The notes under the pieces are model-generated. The model was not told the origin of the DNA and ran no database searches. It saw only the letters and a program-made list of their open reading frames with translations. DNA of 63,697 nucleotides, filler included, from Syncephalis fuscata S228 (taxonomy: Eukaryota; Fungi; Zoopagomycota): assembly GCA_025786725.1 (NCBI GenBank). It is 4 parts of 4 records of this genome, joined end to end, with 100 filler letters (N's around TTAATTAATTAA, not from the genome) between each part and the next. Parts side by side here need not be neighbours in the genome. Positions count along the whole stretch, not along the records: positions 1 to 29,079 come from JAHLTZ010000094.1; 3 more parts are not named here. The stretch is one strand, 5' to 3'. Numbering within the stretch: position 1 is the stretch's first letter; every line of letters begins with the position of its first letter. A program made the position numbers and the translations under genes. Below are positions 12,995-25,179 of this stretch, piece after piece.

Positions 12995-13638
12995 ATGGTA
13001 GTGTTGACTAGCTCTGAAGGCACTGAATTTGAAGTAGATCGTGGAGCGATTGAAAAGTCGCTACTGATCAAGAATATGCTTGATGATATAGGCGAGAGAG
13101 ATACAGGTAAATCACTCTAATATTCAATCATTAATACACTACTTATGGTTATGCCTTACACGGGTACTAGCTATTCCACTACCTAATGTCAGCGGTCCTA
13201 TTCTAGCTAAAGTAATCGAGTATTGCGAACATCATAGAAATGATCCAACTACCAATCAAGCCGATACAGAAGCTGATGCTAGTGGATCAGCCAAGAGCGG
13301 TCCATCGATAGCGGCCAACTTTTCATCAAGTACAGATATCGATGAGTGGGATCTCGAGTTCTGTAAGGTAGATCAAGGTACACTCTATGAAATGATACTG
13401 GCAAGTAACTATCAATCGATTTAACGAGGTATTTATTAACAAAATAGCGGTATCAATTGAATAGGCGGCCAATTACTTGGATATTCGTCCCATGTTAGAC
13501 TTGACGTGTAAAACGGTGGCCAATATGATTAAGAATAAATCGCCCGAGGAGATTCGTAAAACATTTAACATTACTAATGACTTTTCTGCCGAAGAAGAGG
13601 AACAAGTAAAGCGCGAGAATGCTTGGTGTGAAGACTAA
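12995..13638 (+). CDS. SKP1: SCF complex subunit Skp1, 3 exons
   Basis: [15 protein letters not shown]...[21 protein letters not shown]...[40 protein letters not shown]...ENAWCED*; intron 2 (13401-13464) is GC-AG. Confidence 0.97.
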
Positions 13639-13664
13639 CATCGTCATACAGGCACTACCACTAC

Positions 13665-13700
<36 letters not shown>
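13665..13700. repeat. (CAT)12 microsatellite between the convergent SKP1 and carboxyltransferase stops
   Basis: Direct reading. Confidence 0.95.
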
Positions 13701-15869
13701 TAGATACGAGCAATACCGTGAAGATTGCCACCTTTCACTTGAGATCCATAAATAACCGATAGAGAAATACCCAGCACTGTACGTGTATCTCGTGGATCAA
13801 TAATACCGTCATCGAGTAAACGGCTACTGGTATAGTAGACATCAGCTTCTTGTTCTACAACATTATGCATGAGAGCCTTGCGTGCTGCTTGTTCTTCCTC
13901 GTTAATCTGACGTCCCGCTCTGTTTCAATCATAATATACTTAATAAATAACTACGTATTTTGTTACTATGCATTTACACTTACGCTGCTGCACTTTCACG
14001 TGCTACCATGTCCATGACACCGGCCAGTTGTTCGGCGCCCATCACACTGCATCGACTGTTAGGATATGACCATAGGAAGCGTGGTGCATAGGCTCTACCA
14101 CTCATGGCATAGTTGCCTGCACCATAAGAGGCGCCCATAACCACTGTAATTGCCGGTACTTCACTGTTCGATACAGCATTAATAAATTGCGATCCAGCCT
14201 TAATAATACCCGTCGATTCATACTGTTGTCCAACCATAAATCCTGTAATATTTTGTAAATAAATCAATGGCACATTGCTAAATACAGCCAAATTATTATA
14301 AAATATACAGTACTATGAATTACTTGCCGCATATTGCACATTTGAATGAAATGTGTAGCTTTACTGGCTTCGGCATTAAATATAACATTATTGTTTGCTA
14401 TAATACCAACGGGAATGCCTAAACTATCCGTTAGAATATTGCTAGTATAAGTTATTGTATACATTACCATGAATATCTGCCCAGCAGCAAATAAGATTAG
14501 AGCCGTAAAGTGGCTTGAATTCTAAGAAACGTGAACCATCAACTATACGACAAATGACTTCACGGGACTCAAACGGTTTGCGAATATTGGCCTGTACAAT
14601 ACCGAGCAATTCATCTATTAATTATCGTATTAATAAACAAATAAATACATAAACCCTGTTTAAACAATAGCCACCTTGATTATAAAACGGTTCTTCCACA
14701 AGACCACCACTTGGTCCGTACATATGACGTAGTGGTGGTTGACCTTGTTTCTTCCAGTTAAGTGCAGCAATGTATTCACGAGCCTTACGGATACCATCTA
14801 TTTCATCAACAGCAAGCTGGTCTGATACGCCAGATATTCGACTATGCATATCGGCACCGCCTAAACTTTCTGCATCGGTCACTTCTCCTGTGGCCATCTT
14901 CACTAGTGGTGGGCCACCTAGAAATACTTGCGCTTGATTCTTTATCATAATAACATAGTCACTCAATCCAGGTGCATAAGCACCGCCGGCAGTTGATGAG
15001 CCAAATACAATACTACACACGGGAATGCCCATTTTAGAACTAGAAAGAACGCATTATAAGGTAGACTTGTTAGTTAGTGTTTGATAGTAATAGCTATTAT
15101 ATATATATACTATGCTTACGCAATAGCTAGGTTTCGAAATGCACCACCACCTGGATGAAATACAAGTGATTGCTGTCCTAGATTGGCGCCAGCCTATCAA
15201 ACAACAACAATATTATTTATTAATACATTTATTTATTATTTATATCGCTAATAACTTACTGTTTGAACCAAGGAAATGGTCGGCAAATTGTTCTCCATAG
15301 CAATCTTTTGTAGACGTAGTCCTTTAAGGACACCTACTTGGTTTGCCGCGCCACCATTCAGTGTTGGTATACGTGCTTCAATAAGACATTCAATACCGCT
15401 ACCATGATTAATATCATAACAGGTATAATTAGTTGTATTCAGGTGGTAAATAGTCTATTTATTATTTACACTTACCTAACAAGGCCAATACCCGCGACCA
15501 ATGATCCACCAACGGTCATGCCATCTTGTTCCCAGCCTGCTAATGGCATCAACTCTAGGAAAGGCGAGTCAGGATCAAGTAGAAGCTCCACACGTTCACG
15601 CGCTATATCAATATATCATCATTAGTATAGATGGATATGGATATGGATGTTGATATCACTAACTTACCAAGCATTTGACCGCGCTTTAAGTGGCGCTTTA
15701 TGTGATGTTCTTTGCCTTGATAAGTGGCTTCGTTTTGCAAGCGTTCATTAAGTTGCTCGACCAACTCGGTCATAGCGGCGTAATTACTCGCATATTCTGG
15801 TGTTGTTGTATCCACAGCGCTTTGATAGCGCGGATATTCTTGTTTCACCGCGGAGACTGAGTTTTCCAT
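13700..15869 (-). CDS. Acyl-CoA carboxylase carboxyltransferase (beta) subunit, methylcrotonyl-/geranyl-CoA carboxylase beta-like, multi-exon
   Basis: [87 protein letters not shown]; ends HGIARI*. Confidence 0.9.
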
Positions 15870-16507
15870 GGCAATAGTAGCTGTAGTAATTAGTAAATAA
15901 CCTGACGAAGAAGAAAATAAAGCTATTGAACACGGTCACACACACTTAGTTAAGTGTATTAAGCGGTAAAGTTACGTATATGGCTCTAATCTTTGTGTGG
16001 GGAAGTACTCGGCAGTTTAACATTCCGACTTTATTAAGTAAACACATTTTTATAAAATAAACCTATCTATTTTCTATAGTTTGTTAATAAATAGCTAATA
16101 TATAATATTACATTTATATTCGTATGCAAATAGTGGCTGCTAAATAAATACTTATTTATTTGACAGAATAGAATATTACAAATATTGATGTAGTAAAATA
16201 ATGGACTGCTGGTTGTTTGTCATGTCTAGTAACAAGCAGGCAAAATAGTTTAAATATAGATTAAGCTAATAACATCGAGTTAGCTACGTGTTTATATTAT
16301 CTAATAAGTAAATGATATAGCCGTAAGACATATTAATTTATATACATTATCTTTTATTGTAGCAATATGGTGTTATCCTATGGCATTACGCAATAAAACT
16401 ATAGCGCACCTTTTCCTTCTTGGATACAGCTATGCTATAGCACATGCCTTCCTTTAAATACACTCAAACTACCGCTTTTTTTATTCCACTGTTGACTACT
16501 TGGCATA

Positions 16508-17430
16508 ATGTCGGCACCATTGGTAGTAATGCCGCAAAGCGAAGAGGTACAAAACAAGGACAAACAGACTAAAACACTTTCCATACTGCTTACTGGCTTT
16601 GAGGTAATTTACAAAAAGTAAAATAGTTAGCTAGATAGACTGACTAATACTTTATGGGCTATTGCTGGCTATGTAGCCGTTTGGGCATCCACGACCACCC
16701 ACTAATCCGTCTTGGGAGCTACTAAAGCCGTTAAATAATACAGAAATTGAGCTTGAAGGCCGGCGGATTCAGCTGCACTGCCGTGAGTTACCGGTTGTTT
16801 ATGAAAAGGCAAAAAAGATGGTATTTGAATTGCATCGGACATCTCGTTCAACTGCCAATTTAGGTGATGCATCCGACGCTGACCTCGTAGGCTATGATAT
16901 GTACATTCATATTGGGCAAGGAAGCCTAGGATCGGTTTTTATTGAACAACAGGCCCGTAATGGTCCCTACAGTCGACAAGATAATGACCAACACATTCCA
17001 TCGCATCCGTATTGCGAAGGATTGGATGGCGATGATAATAGCAAGTACCCACTGCATACATATCATCCTGTTTATTGTACTCGTATCGATGTGTTAGCAT
17101 TACATGAGTGGCTAACTAAAGAACGTTCATGGCCAGATGTTCGTATTAGCGAGGCAGGTATTAAGTGTTGATGTCGGTTTATTTCTAACTATTATTAATA
17201 ATTAGGATCCTGGATTGTATCTTTGCGAATATGTATACTATCATTCACTGCACGTTAGCCACGCCATGTCTAATACAACGGAGCCCGTATCTTCATCACT
17301 TGGCGATAAGTCTGAGAAGCCTGTTTTATTTATTCATGTACCCACACCTAAGCATCCTTTCGCTATTGATCAGCTTACTGCTTTGGTAAATGATGCAGTC
17401 TATTGGCTTGCCGAACATTATTTGAAGTAG
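16508..17430 (+). CDS. Pyroglutamyl-peptidase I (peptidase C15), 3 exons
   Basis: LLTGFEPFG...NPSW, LPVVY, IHIG, EQQARN, SEDPGLYLCEYVYY (catalytic Cys), FIHVP (catalytic His). Confidence 0.9.
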
Positions 17431-17651
17431 TTGGTATTAGTTGCTGGATTGACAAATAAAAATTGATTATATAACGTTTCCCCCAAGTTACTACATAAAT
17501 TAAAAGCAGAAATTAATTAAAACGGCATTAAATTTTCAGTTATTTCATATGTTAAACTAAGTAAAAAACGGCAACTGAACAAAAAGCAAAATGATTTAAA
17601 CAGCAGAGAGCGAAAGTCAAATGATTAATTTTAACAGTATTGTGCAGTTGA

Positions 17652-18660
17652 ATATTTGCTCTATTGAATATGGGGCCGCGTAGTAAGAAATATTAATAAA
17701 TAAAATTATTTAATTATAATATGGTTTTATGGTTAATTGACTATACTTAATAAATTTAGGCAATTAAACTAAATATTTGTTCTATTGAACATGCTAATGG
17801 GTGGTGAATAATGTCAGTGATTAAACTACTTATCATCATAGATTTATGATTCAGTATGTATATATCCTATATTCATTTATATCATTCCCATTCTGTCCCA
17901 CACTAATATATATTATTCTATGATATATTAGACACATTCTATTGTTTATATGTTCCAATACACTTTACTCGATTCGCTTATTGCACTATATACAGTATAG
18001 CATTAGCACCGCTTATCATACTATTACCAGTATATATTCATTCTATGCTGTATCACTCTATACTCTCCTAATCACGCTTTATCCAATGCTATTTTTATTT
18101 TTGTTCTAGCTTTATTATTAATAAATGTCGCATATGTCGGTCATTTGCTCATGTATATATGCACTTTAACTTTAAACTAGCTACTTACCAATTTGGTTCA
18201 TATATTCTGTATGTTATGTGTGTTGTTTTATTGCCTAGTAAACATGAACTAGCTATCGAGGCTATTCTTTTGGTTTTAGAGCTATTATTAGTAAATCTCA
18301 ACTCATTTTAGCTTATTCATTTAAAGACTATATGTAATTGAAATATTAATAAATGGAATGTATTTAATATATCATAGATTAATATATAGTAATATAAATA
18401 TACAATGTTAATTATATATGTGTGTGTACTGAATATATGCATACTGGATAATGAATCTATGATGATGAGTATTTGATAATTAATGTCACTCACCGCCCAT
18501 CATCATGTTCAATAGATTGGATGTTGTTAAAAATAGTCATTTGACCACCAAACAAACAATAAATGTGATGATGTAATGATTAAATAAAACTCACCACTTG
18601 TCCCCATGTTCAATTGCGCGAATGTTATTAAAAGGTCGTTTGATCCCAAATCACATTAAA
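17652..18660. mobile_element. AT-rich non-autonomous TIR element (MITE-like family), copy 1; internal ~85-bp inverted repeats starting at 17782 and ending at 18515
   Basis: CTATTGAACATG..ATGGGTGGTGA...TCATCATAGAT vs ATCTATGATGA...TCACCGCCCATCATCATGTTCAATAG; interior matches copies at 27.3-28.3 kb and 52.5-53.1 kb in reverse orientation. Confidence 0.75.
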
Positions 18661-19138
18661 TAGCTAATAAATGACTTTACAACAACGACAGCAATAAATA
18701 ACACAGCTAAATTGTTAATGCTGCCTCTAGACTAACTCGTAAACTAGTTAAACAAACGAATAACAAACTTATCATATGCGCAATATTTGCTCTTTAATGA
18801 AATGTGTATTCTGTGAACCAATAATTTGTATAGATCTCCCCAAACATACAAATGATAACCGCCAAATCAAACAGCGGTCATGGTCAGTGTTAATTGAGCC
18901 TTGACTGCTGTATAGATGTGACATGGATATACAGTTGTATGTAAGTGCGTGTAAGAGTAAACTAGAAGCTGTAAACGAGAGTGTAAAAACACCAATGGCG
19001 TCTGCGTGTGTATACGTGTAAAGCAAGCAACCAAGCCAATATGTGAGAAAAAAGAAGAAAGTAGTGAATGTGTGTAATTGTAGTTAGTAAGTGGAGTAAT
19101 TGTAGTAGTTGATGTAAAAGCTGTTGCCAAAAAAATGT

Positions 19139-21535
19139 CTACACTTGTGCGGGCGTGGGCGATGTCACTGCCGCTAGATCTGCCGTTGTAGCTGACTGCT
19201 CCTCGGTGTTTAGTTCCTCGGCAGCAATTTCTTCTTCGTTGGGCGATGAAGGCATTGATGACATCTCATGTGTATAGTCTGGCGACTCGAATGAAGATAG
19301 AGCAGCGCCATCAACGGCTGTGGCCATATCTGAAGACTCGGATTTATCATTTACACCGCTTTGGTTAGCTGCTGCCGGGTTGACTGCACACATCCAAATG
19401 CGCGTCTTGTAGATCTTGAACAGGTCACGCACTAGTTCACGGAAATCAATACGACGATCGGCCACAAAGTAGAAGGTAAGCTTGCGTCGATCCCACTGGT
19501 ATTCAGCATCGACAACTTCCATAGGCAATTTACGCTGCTTGATCTTCTGTTGGCAAAGCGCTAACGACTTGGCTTCGTCTTGGCTTTTTTGTACTAGCAA
19601 TGTCACTTCGCCTGGCTGTGCTAGACGATAAATACGTTTAGGATGGATTTCCTTATTGCCACGGTGCAAATCTGGCATTTGCTCAGCTTGTTGACGCTGT
19701 AATTGTTGGACTTGAATAGGAGTAATACGATCGTTGGTTACTTTGCCAAGATCTTTGCCACGATCGGCCTCCACAATGACCAAGTCTCCTTTTTTGACCA
19801 TGCCATTCATAGCATCGCTTACATAGTAAAGATCAGATCGGCCGGCCTTAAACTCTACGATGTACAACGGTGTCTGATTTGGAATGGCAGCAAGTGGTAC
19901 ACCTTTGCCGATATCAGCAATTGAACGACGACGTGGCATAGCGCTGTCTTGATTGAATTCATCAAGCTCTTCAGCTGGTAAACTACCATAAGGACTGGTA
20001 CGTACATCGCCAAGTTGAAGTGAATCAAGTGCATCAGCCAACATACGATGTTGAGATGATCCAAGACCGCCGTTCATACCACCACCACCGTTATTGCTAC
20101 CTCCGTAGGATAGTGTAGCAGTAGCTAACGAGTGGCGTCGTTGGCCAAGTAAAGCAAAGTCAGGAGAAAGGCCGCCACCAGTATTGCCGCTGGAGGGTAC
20201 ACCCAGTCGTTGCGATCCAGAGCGTTGTATGCCACTAGGAGGCCCGAATGGCTGGCGTGGACTTTCTGAGCTGTATGGCACTGGTGCCAACGATAGACGG
20301 CGTATTTGTGCCAATCTCTCCAAACGATCTGGTGTCGATAAAAGCGTTGGTTGTGCTGCTCCGCCTACCGGTTGACCTGGGCGATCAAAATAAACACTGC
20401 CGTAGCCAGGCGGTGGCTGAGTTGCAGCACTGAATGAGCGACGGTGGGCAGCCGAGTTGGGATTAATGCCAATAGGTAGTCCACGAGCAGCCAGGCTGGC
20501 GCGTAGTGCATTCAAGTCAGTGTCGTGCTGATAGGAGCTACGACGGCCGGCAAGCAATGGGTTTGCACTCTGTAGCGTTTGGCCACCTGGATTATTAAAC
20601 GTAGAACGGGATCGGCTTTGGCGAATTCGATTCGTAATAATACGTGCATATTCTTCTTCAGTTAACTCTTCATCAAGTGAAGCCAAATAAGCAGGATTCA
20701 ACTCTTCATCAATTACGCTGCTGCTGGCACCAAACTTTGCAGCTGCATCGGCAAATGTGTCGCCTTGCCCAACCGAATACGATGAGCTACGATAATTACG
20801 GAAAGGTGGCTCTTCTGAGTTGCTGTTAGAAGCAAAAGATACTTCTGATTCTACACCATTACCCGCTGGACGAAGACGACTAACACCCGACTGTTCTTTC
20901 CAAATACTAGTGTTTTGGAATGGAAGACCAAGGCCAGAAAATTTACCAAATCCAGGTGCCGATGGACGACGTTGCATAAGGATAGAGTCGCTATCGCTGC
21001 CCGAAAGAGATGGTGCCAAACCAACAGCACCTACCTCGCTATGCTCGGCGCTGTTCTCGTCAACCTCTTTAAGATCAGATAGTCGTCGAGGGCCTTTGGT
21101 AGCACTAAATGCACGGCGTGGCGCTGTACTGGATGAAGTAGAAGTGGAGGCTGGCGTAGAGGTCGGCTTCCAGTCTGGATCCGGTAACAGTGAGCCAGCT
21201 GTCGTCGTCGTAGTCGCAGAAGCAGGAGACGCAAGCTTCCGTTCACCGGTGGCGCCAGCGCCCAAAGCCTCGTCCATTTTGTCGTCCTAGATTATTCATT
21301 GCCGTTTAAATCAGCCAATAATTCTTACTTGATCGAAGCTGATTAACAGAATTGTTTAAATGCACTTACACCGGTCGCTGTTGTTTTTTGTAGATTCTTG
21401 TCTTGTGACGAAGCAGTATCGGCCGAAAGCTAAACATGTCGTATTAGTTATTTGTACGATAATATAATACATGCACAGCTGCTTTTTCTTTAACTTTGGC
21501 GTTAAAACAGCTGCAAATTAATTACTTACCTCCAT
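19139..21535 (-). CDS. PSP1 C-terminal domain protein with long low-complexity N-terminus; two short 5' exons inferred
   Basis: LYIVEFKAGRSD, GDLVIVEADRGKDLG, LPMEVVDAEYQWDRRKLTFYF, RIDFRELVRDLFKIYKTRIWM in the 712-aa ORF. Confidence 0.9.
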
Positions 21536-23829
21536 GTTCGTCATTACAACTTAACGTAGTTGGTATTCAAACGACAGTATAGGAAAATTCTAAAGGTACG
21601 CTCTAGTTAGTATTCTGGTCTTTCATGCAATATATATGTGTCGGTGCAGTAAGATGCAGCTGTTGTAAGCATATGACCGGTGCGTCATATCGCCACCCTT
21701 ATTGCACATCTCCACGAAGGCTTTAGCTATATAAGCTGCGTCGTTTCAATTGATACTAATATCGAAATCCGCTATTAGAACTAGCCGGCACTTGTGTCAA
21801 CTACCACCACATCGCATAATTTATCTCATATTTGGCTATACCTTCGCCATCCTTACCAGAGTAATAGTGTATATTCGATGGTAACGCAATAAACAATCTT
21901 TGTCAGTTTAGTAGCAATAATAGTAGCTGTAGTAGTTGTAATAGCGAAAATAATAAGATGAGCAAAACACCAGTAGCAAAGTGCGTGTGTAAGCGCGCGC
22001 GCTAGTTATCAGTCAATAAAGGTGTGGACAGAGTGTGCACACCAAGAGCGAAGCAATAAGGAACGTGGTCCACACACACACACGTGCGTATGATGGGAAA
22101 CGAAAATGGAACAAGTTCAGTAGCAGCCACAAGCAGCACACGACGCAGGCGTGCGTGTGCGTATATGTGTGGATGTGTGTACAAGGGATACCGCGCGCGC
22201 GCGAGCGAGAATGACAGGAAAGTAAGTAGTAAAGCAAAGTATATGCGAAGAGAAGATTGAAAGGAGATGAGCTCTGAGTTTAGGGGCGCTGGATACCAAC
22301 TGATAGGACAGGTGCCGTGTGTGAGAGTGAGTAAGTGTGTGTGTGAGTGGGTGAGTAAGTGAGGAGAAAAAGGGATGAGAACTCGTTTGTATGGTTTAAT
22401 TTTGTGTGCAAATGGACGAATACTGCCAAATAGAGAGAAATAAGAGAGTGGAAAAGTACAAGTGTATAGCTTGGACCAGTAATATTCGGGTAATAGTGTT
22501 GCGGCAATTTGGCATCCCAGTTATTTAATATCATTATACGGAATATTATTAAGATGTAATGACAAGAGCTATCATCATATGATTATCATAATTGTATGGG
22601 GCATGTGTATAGAGTGTGCTGCCTTTCACAGACCATCAGCACGCATGCTGTGTTCAGGCAACATGACAGGCCGAGTGCATGTGATCACCCTAGCCACTCA
22701 ACTCTATGTATGTATATGTGTATGCGTGTATGTATGTATAGCAACGTGTCAATCCTTTTTCTCCTCTAATAAGCACTTTAGCTAGTATTATCTAATTGTA
22801 GCTATAAAGATGCGCTGATACGCTTATGAAAATAGATTGCCCCATTGTCCAATCACTGTCTAACAGCGCTATGCAGGTGGTAAATGAAAATGGATACAAA
22901 TGTAGAAAAAACAGGTTCCGTCATATCAAAAAGAGTATGGACGCGCACGCGCAACTATGGAACGGAGCTGTAGTTGTTCCGATCAAATCCCCAGCCTTGT
23001 AGTCAATAGTATAGACACCTACCCATGGATGTATAGATGTGTGGACATATAGATGCATCATTGGATGTAGGAATTTAGAGTGTATTATACGTATATAGCA
23101 TACGCGTTTTGACAATCCATTTGTTTTTGTAAATACATAGTATAAATAAAGTATTAAAAAGTCAATGGTTTGCCGCCACTATGAGCATCACTGACTACTG
23201 AATGATGTAGATGCATCAATGAGTAACATACTAAGTAAAATAGCTTACCGGAAGTAATAGAAATAATAATAATAATAATAATGGTGATGACGATAATAGT
23301 GGTAGAGAGCAATGATAGTGGCAATAGAGCAGCAACAAGATAGTAGTAGTAGTAGTGGAGTGCAGTAAAGTTGTAGTTATAAAAGAAAGAAGTAAGTTTT
23401 ATTGAAAAAGTATATTGGCCTATTGATTGACTGTCAGTCAAACTGACATTGGTGGTGACAGCCCATTCTCACGATAAATACCTATTATTATAGCTAGACT
23501 CCGACCATAGGCAATTTACTTATTTAATCAATCCTGTGAGCTGGTCTAAAAGTAGTATTAGTGGATTTATTTAGTTAGCTGTCTTTTGTTTATGTTAAAT
23601 AATTACATTAGTAAATGTGTGCTGTGTCATTTAATTTTAATTTATTACTTTAAAAGTATGTAACAATAATATAGCCTAAACTGCAGTTTGATTTCAAAAA
23701 TGTAAAGCAAAAAAGATTATAAGTTTTGAAATGTTTCATAAATAGTAATTCAAAATTAGTAATGGTTATTAAAAAAACCATTATAGTTATTTATATCTTG
23801 ATTCTAAAGTTGATAAACTTCAAGAAATA

Positions 23830-24420
23830 CTAGCTTCTTCGAAACCAATCCGGTATAATACCGCTCAATCGTAGACTATCAAGAATATGTTTGAGATTCA
23901 AAGCAGCAACCAAGTCACAATTCCATAATCTTGCACCCATAAAAGTTTCATGAGCTTTCTTACAATGTTGGTTTGCGCACCTACAAACAATCTAGATGTT
24001 AGAATAAAATATATTTGTATTTAGTCCATAAATTATAGTACCTTAAAGTCTATAGCACTTTACTCTTGCACAATTTTTATGTTAATACGGAAGTGGATTA
24101 TCAATTATTTGAATGTTTCTAAACTTTGAGCTTGACCAGTGGGACAGGTTTAGAGCTATTATACGCATCAATTAAACACATGTTAACAACTATTTTAAGC
24201 ATACGCTTCAAGCCAGCACCTTGAATAGGTTTTTTTAAAAATTTACACGACTTGCAGGCCAGTTACCAAATACCAAAGTAGCATTATCAAACTTGGATTT
24301 AATCTTATTGATGAGCTTTTGGTCCGCTTGCTATTGTTTAATGTACAAATATAGTTTTAGTTTTCTGAATAGCCAGTTTTATTTGATAGAGTCTATATTT
24401 GTTTGGTGAGTGTAGTATAT
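23830..24420 (-). pseudogene. Decayed Fanzor1 (TnpB-like OMEGA nuclease) C-terminal half with a spliceosomal intron (23981-24041)
   Basis: Manual translation with stops/frameshifts: LFRKLKLYLYIKQ*QADQKLINKIKSKFDNATLVFGNWPASRVNF*.PIQGAGLKRMLK...LIDAYNSSK.CPT...SLETFK..DNPLPY*...VKCYRL|RCANQHCKKAHETFMGARLWNCDLVAALNLKHILDSLRLSGIIPDWFRRS*. Confidence 0.85.
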
Positions 24421-25179
24421 TAGAGATTGAATGAATAAAACTGTTATTTGTGTTTATATGTTAAACATGCAGTTAATTTCATTAATTATAACTTTGTTGT
24501 CATAGTATTTGAAATGATTGAAGTCATTTGCTTAATCTATATTATTGCGCTTTATTATATCCATTGCTATTTGGCAAACATAGAAATGACATGTAACAGC
24601 TCATATATACATTGGTGTATAATATTACGGACAATTAGTTCCATCATGAAGAGAAAAACTGTACAAAAGTTGTGGTGGCTGATTAAAAAAGAATTAGCAC
24701 TACGTGATGTTACTAAAATTGGAAATATAAACAAATGAAAATTAAATTACTAGCAGCTTCTATTTAAGCACGCTTTAATTACAAATTAACACCATTTCAC
24801 ACCATCAGTATGTACGTTCAACAGCTTGGTTATAATTGTCAGCCATATTTTATTCTTTGTTTTTTAATGTTTTTTATTTAATAAAATATGGTGGTTAAAA
24901 CCAGCTTAAACAAAAAATTAATTACGTTATTTTATTAATACTATTCTAAATACACGTTTTAAGTATCTTGTTTGATAATCTAAAATGGTATTCAGCGTGT
25001 GTTGACATTTTTTATGGTATTTTATTTTTGATTAGAATAACTGGTAGGTACTTAATCAAAGTAGTTATGTCTCATATGCAACAGTTTATTTCTTATTTGC
25101 TTTTATTGGTATTTTTCCCCATATAACTAAGTCATACAATTGTTTTCAATACAACAGCTAGTTTTAACAATGATATCAA

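Noticed and set aside
17652-18660. Iterated CATGTTCAAT motifs as a CRISPR-like array
   Set aside because: Irregular spacing, mixed orientations, eukaryotic context and no cas genes; explained by the TIR repeat family
21900-23450. Many short ORFs and simple repeats upstream of the PSP1 gene (similarly 11000-12100, 35600-36700, 38800-39900)
   Set aside because: Microsatellite-rich promoter or long 5'-UTR DNA; ORFs are low-complexity with no recognisable domains
24448-24738. ORF beside the Fanzor fossil with a faint Tc1/mariner-like stretch (VQKLWWLIKKEL)
   Set aside because: No DDE motifs recognisable; too weak to call a transposase without a profile search
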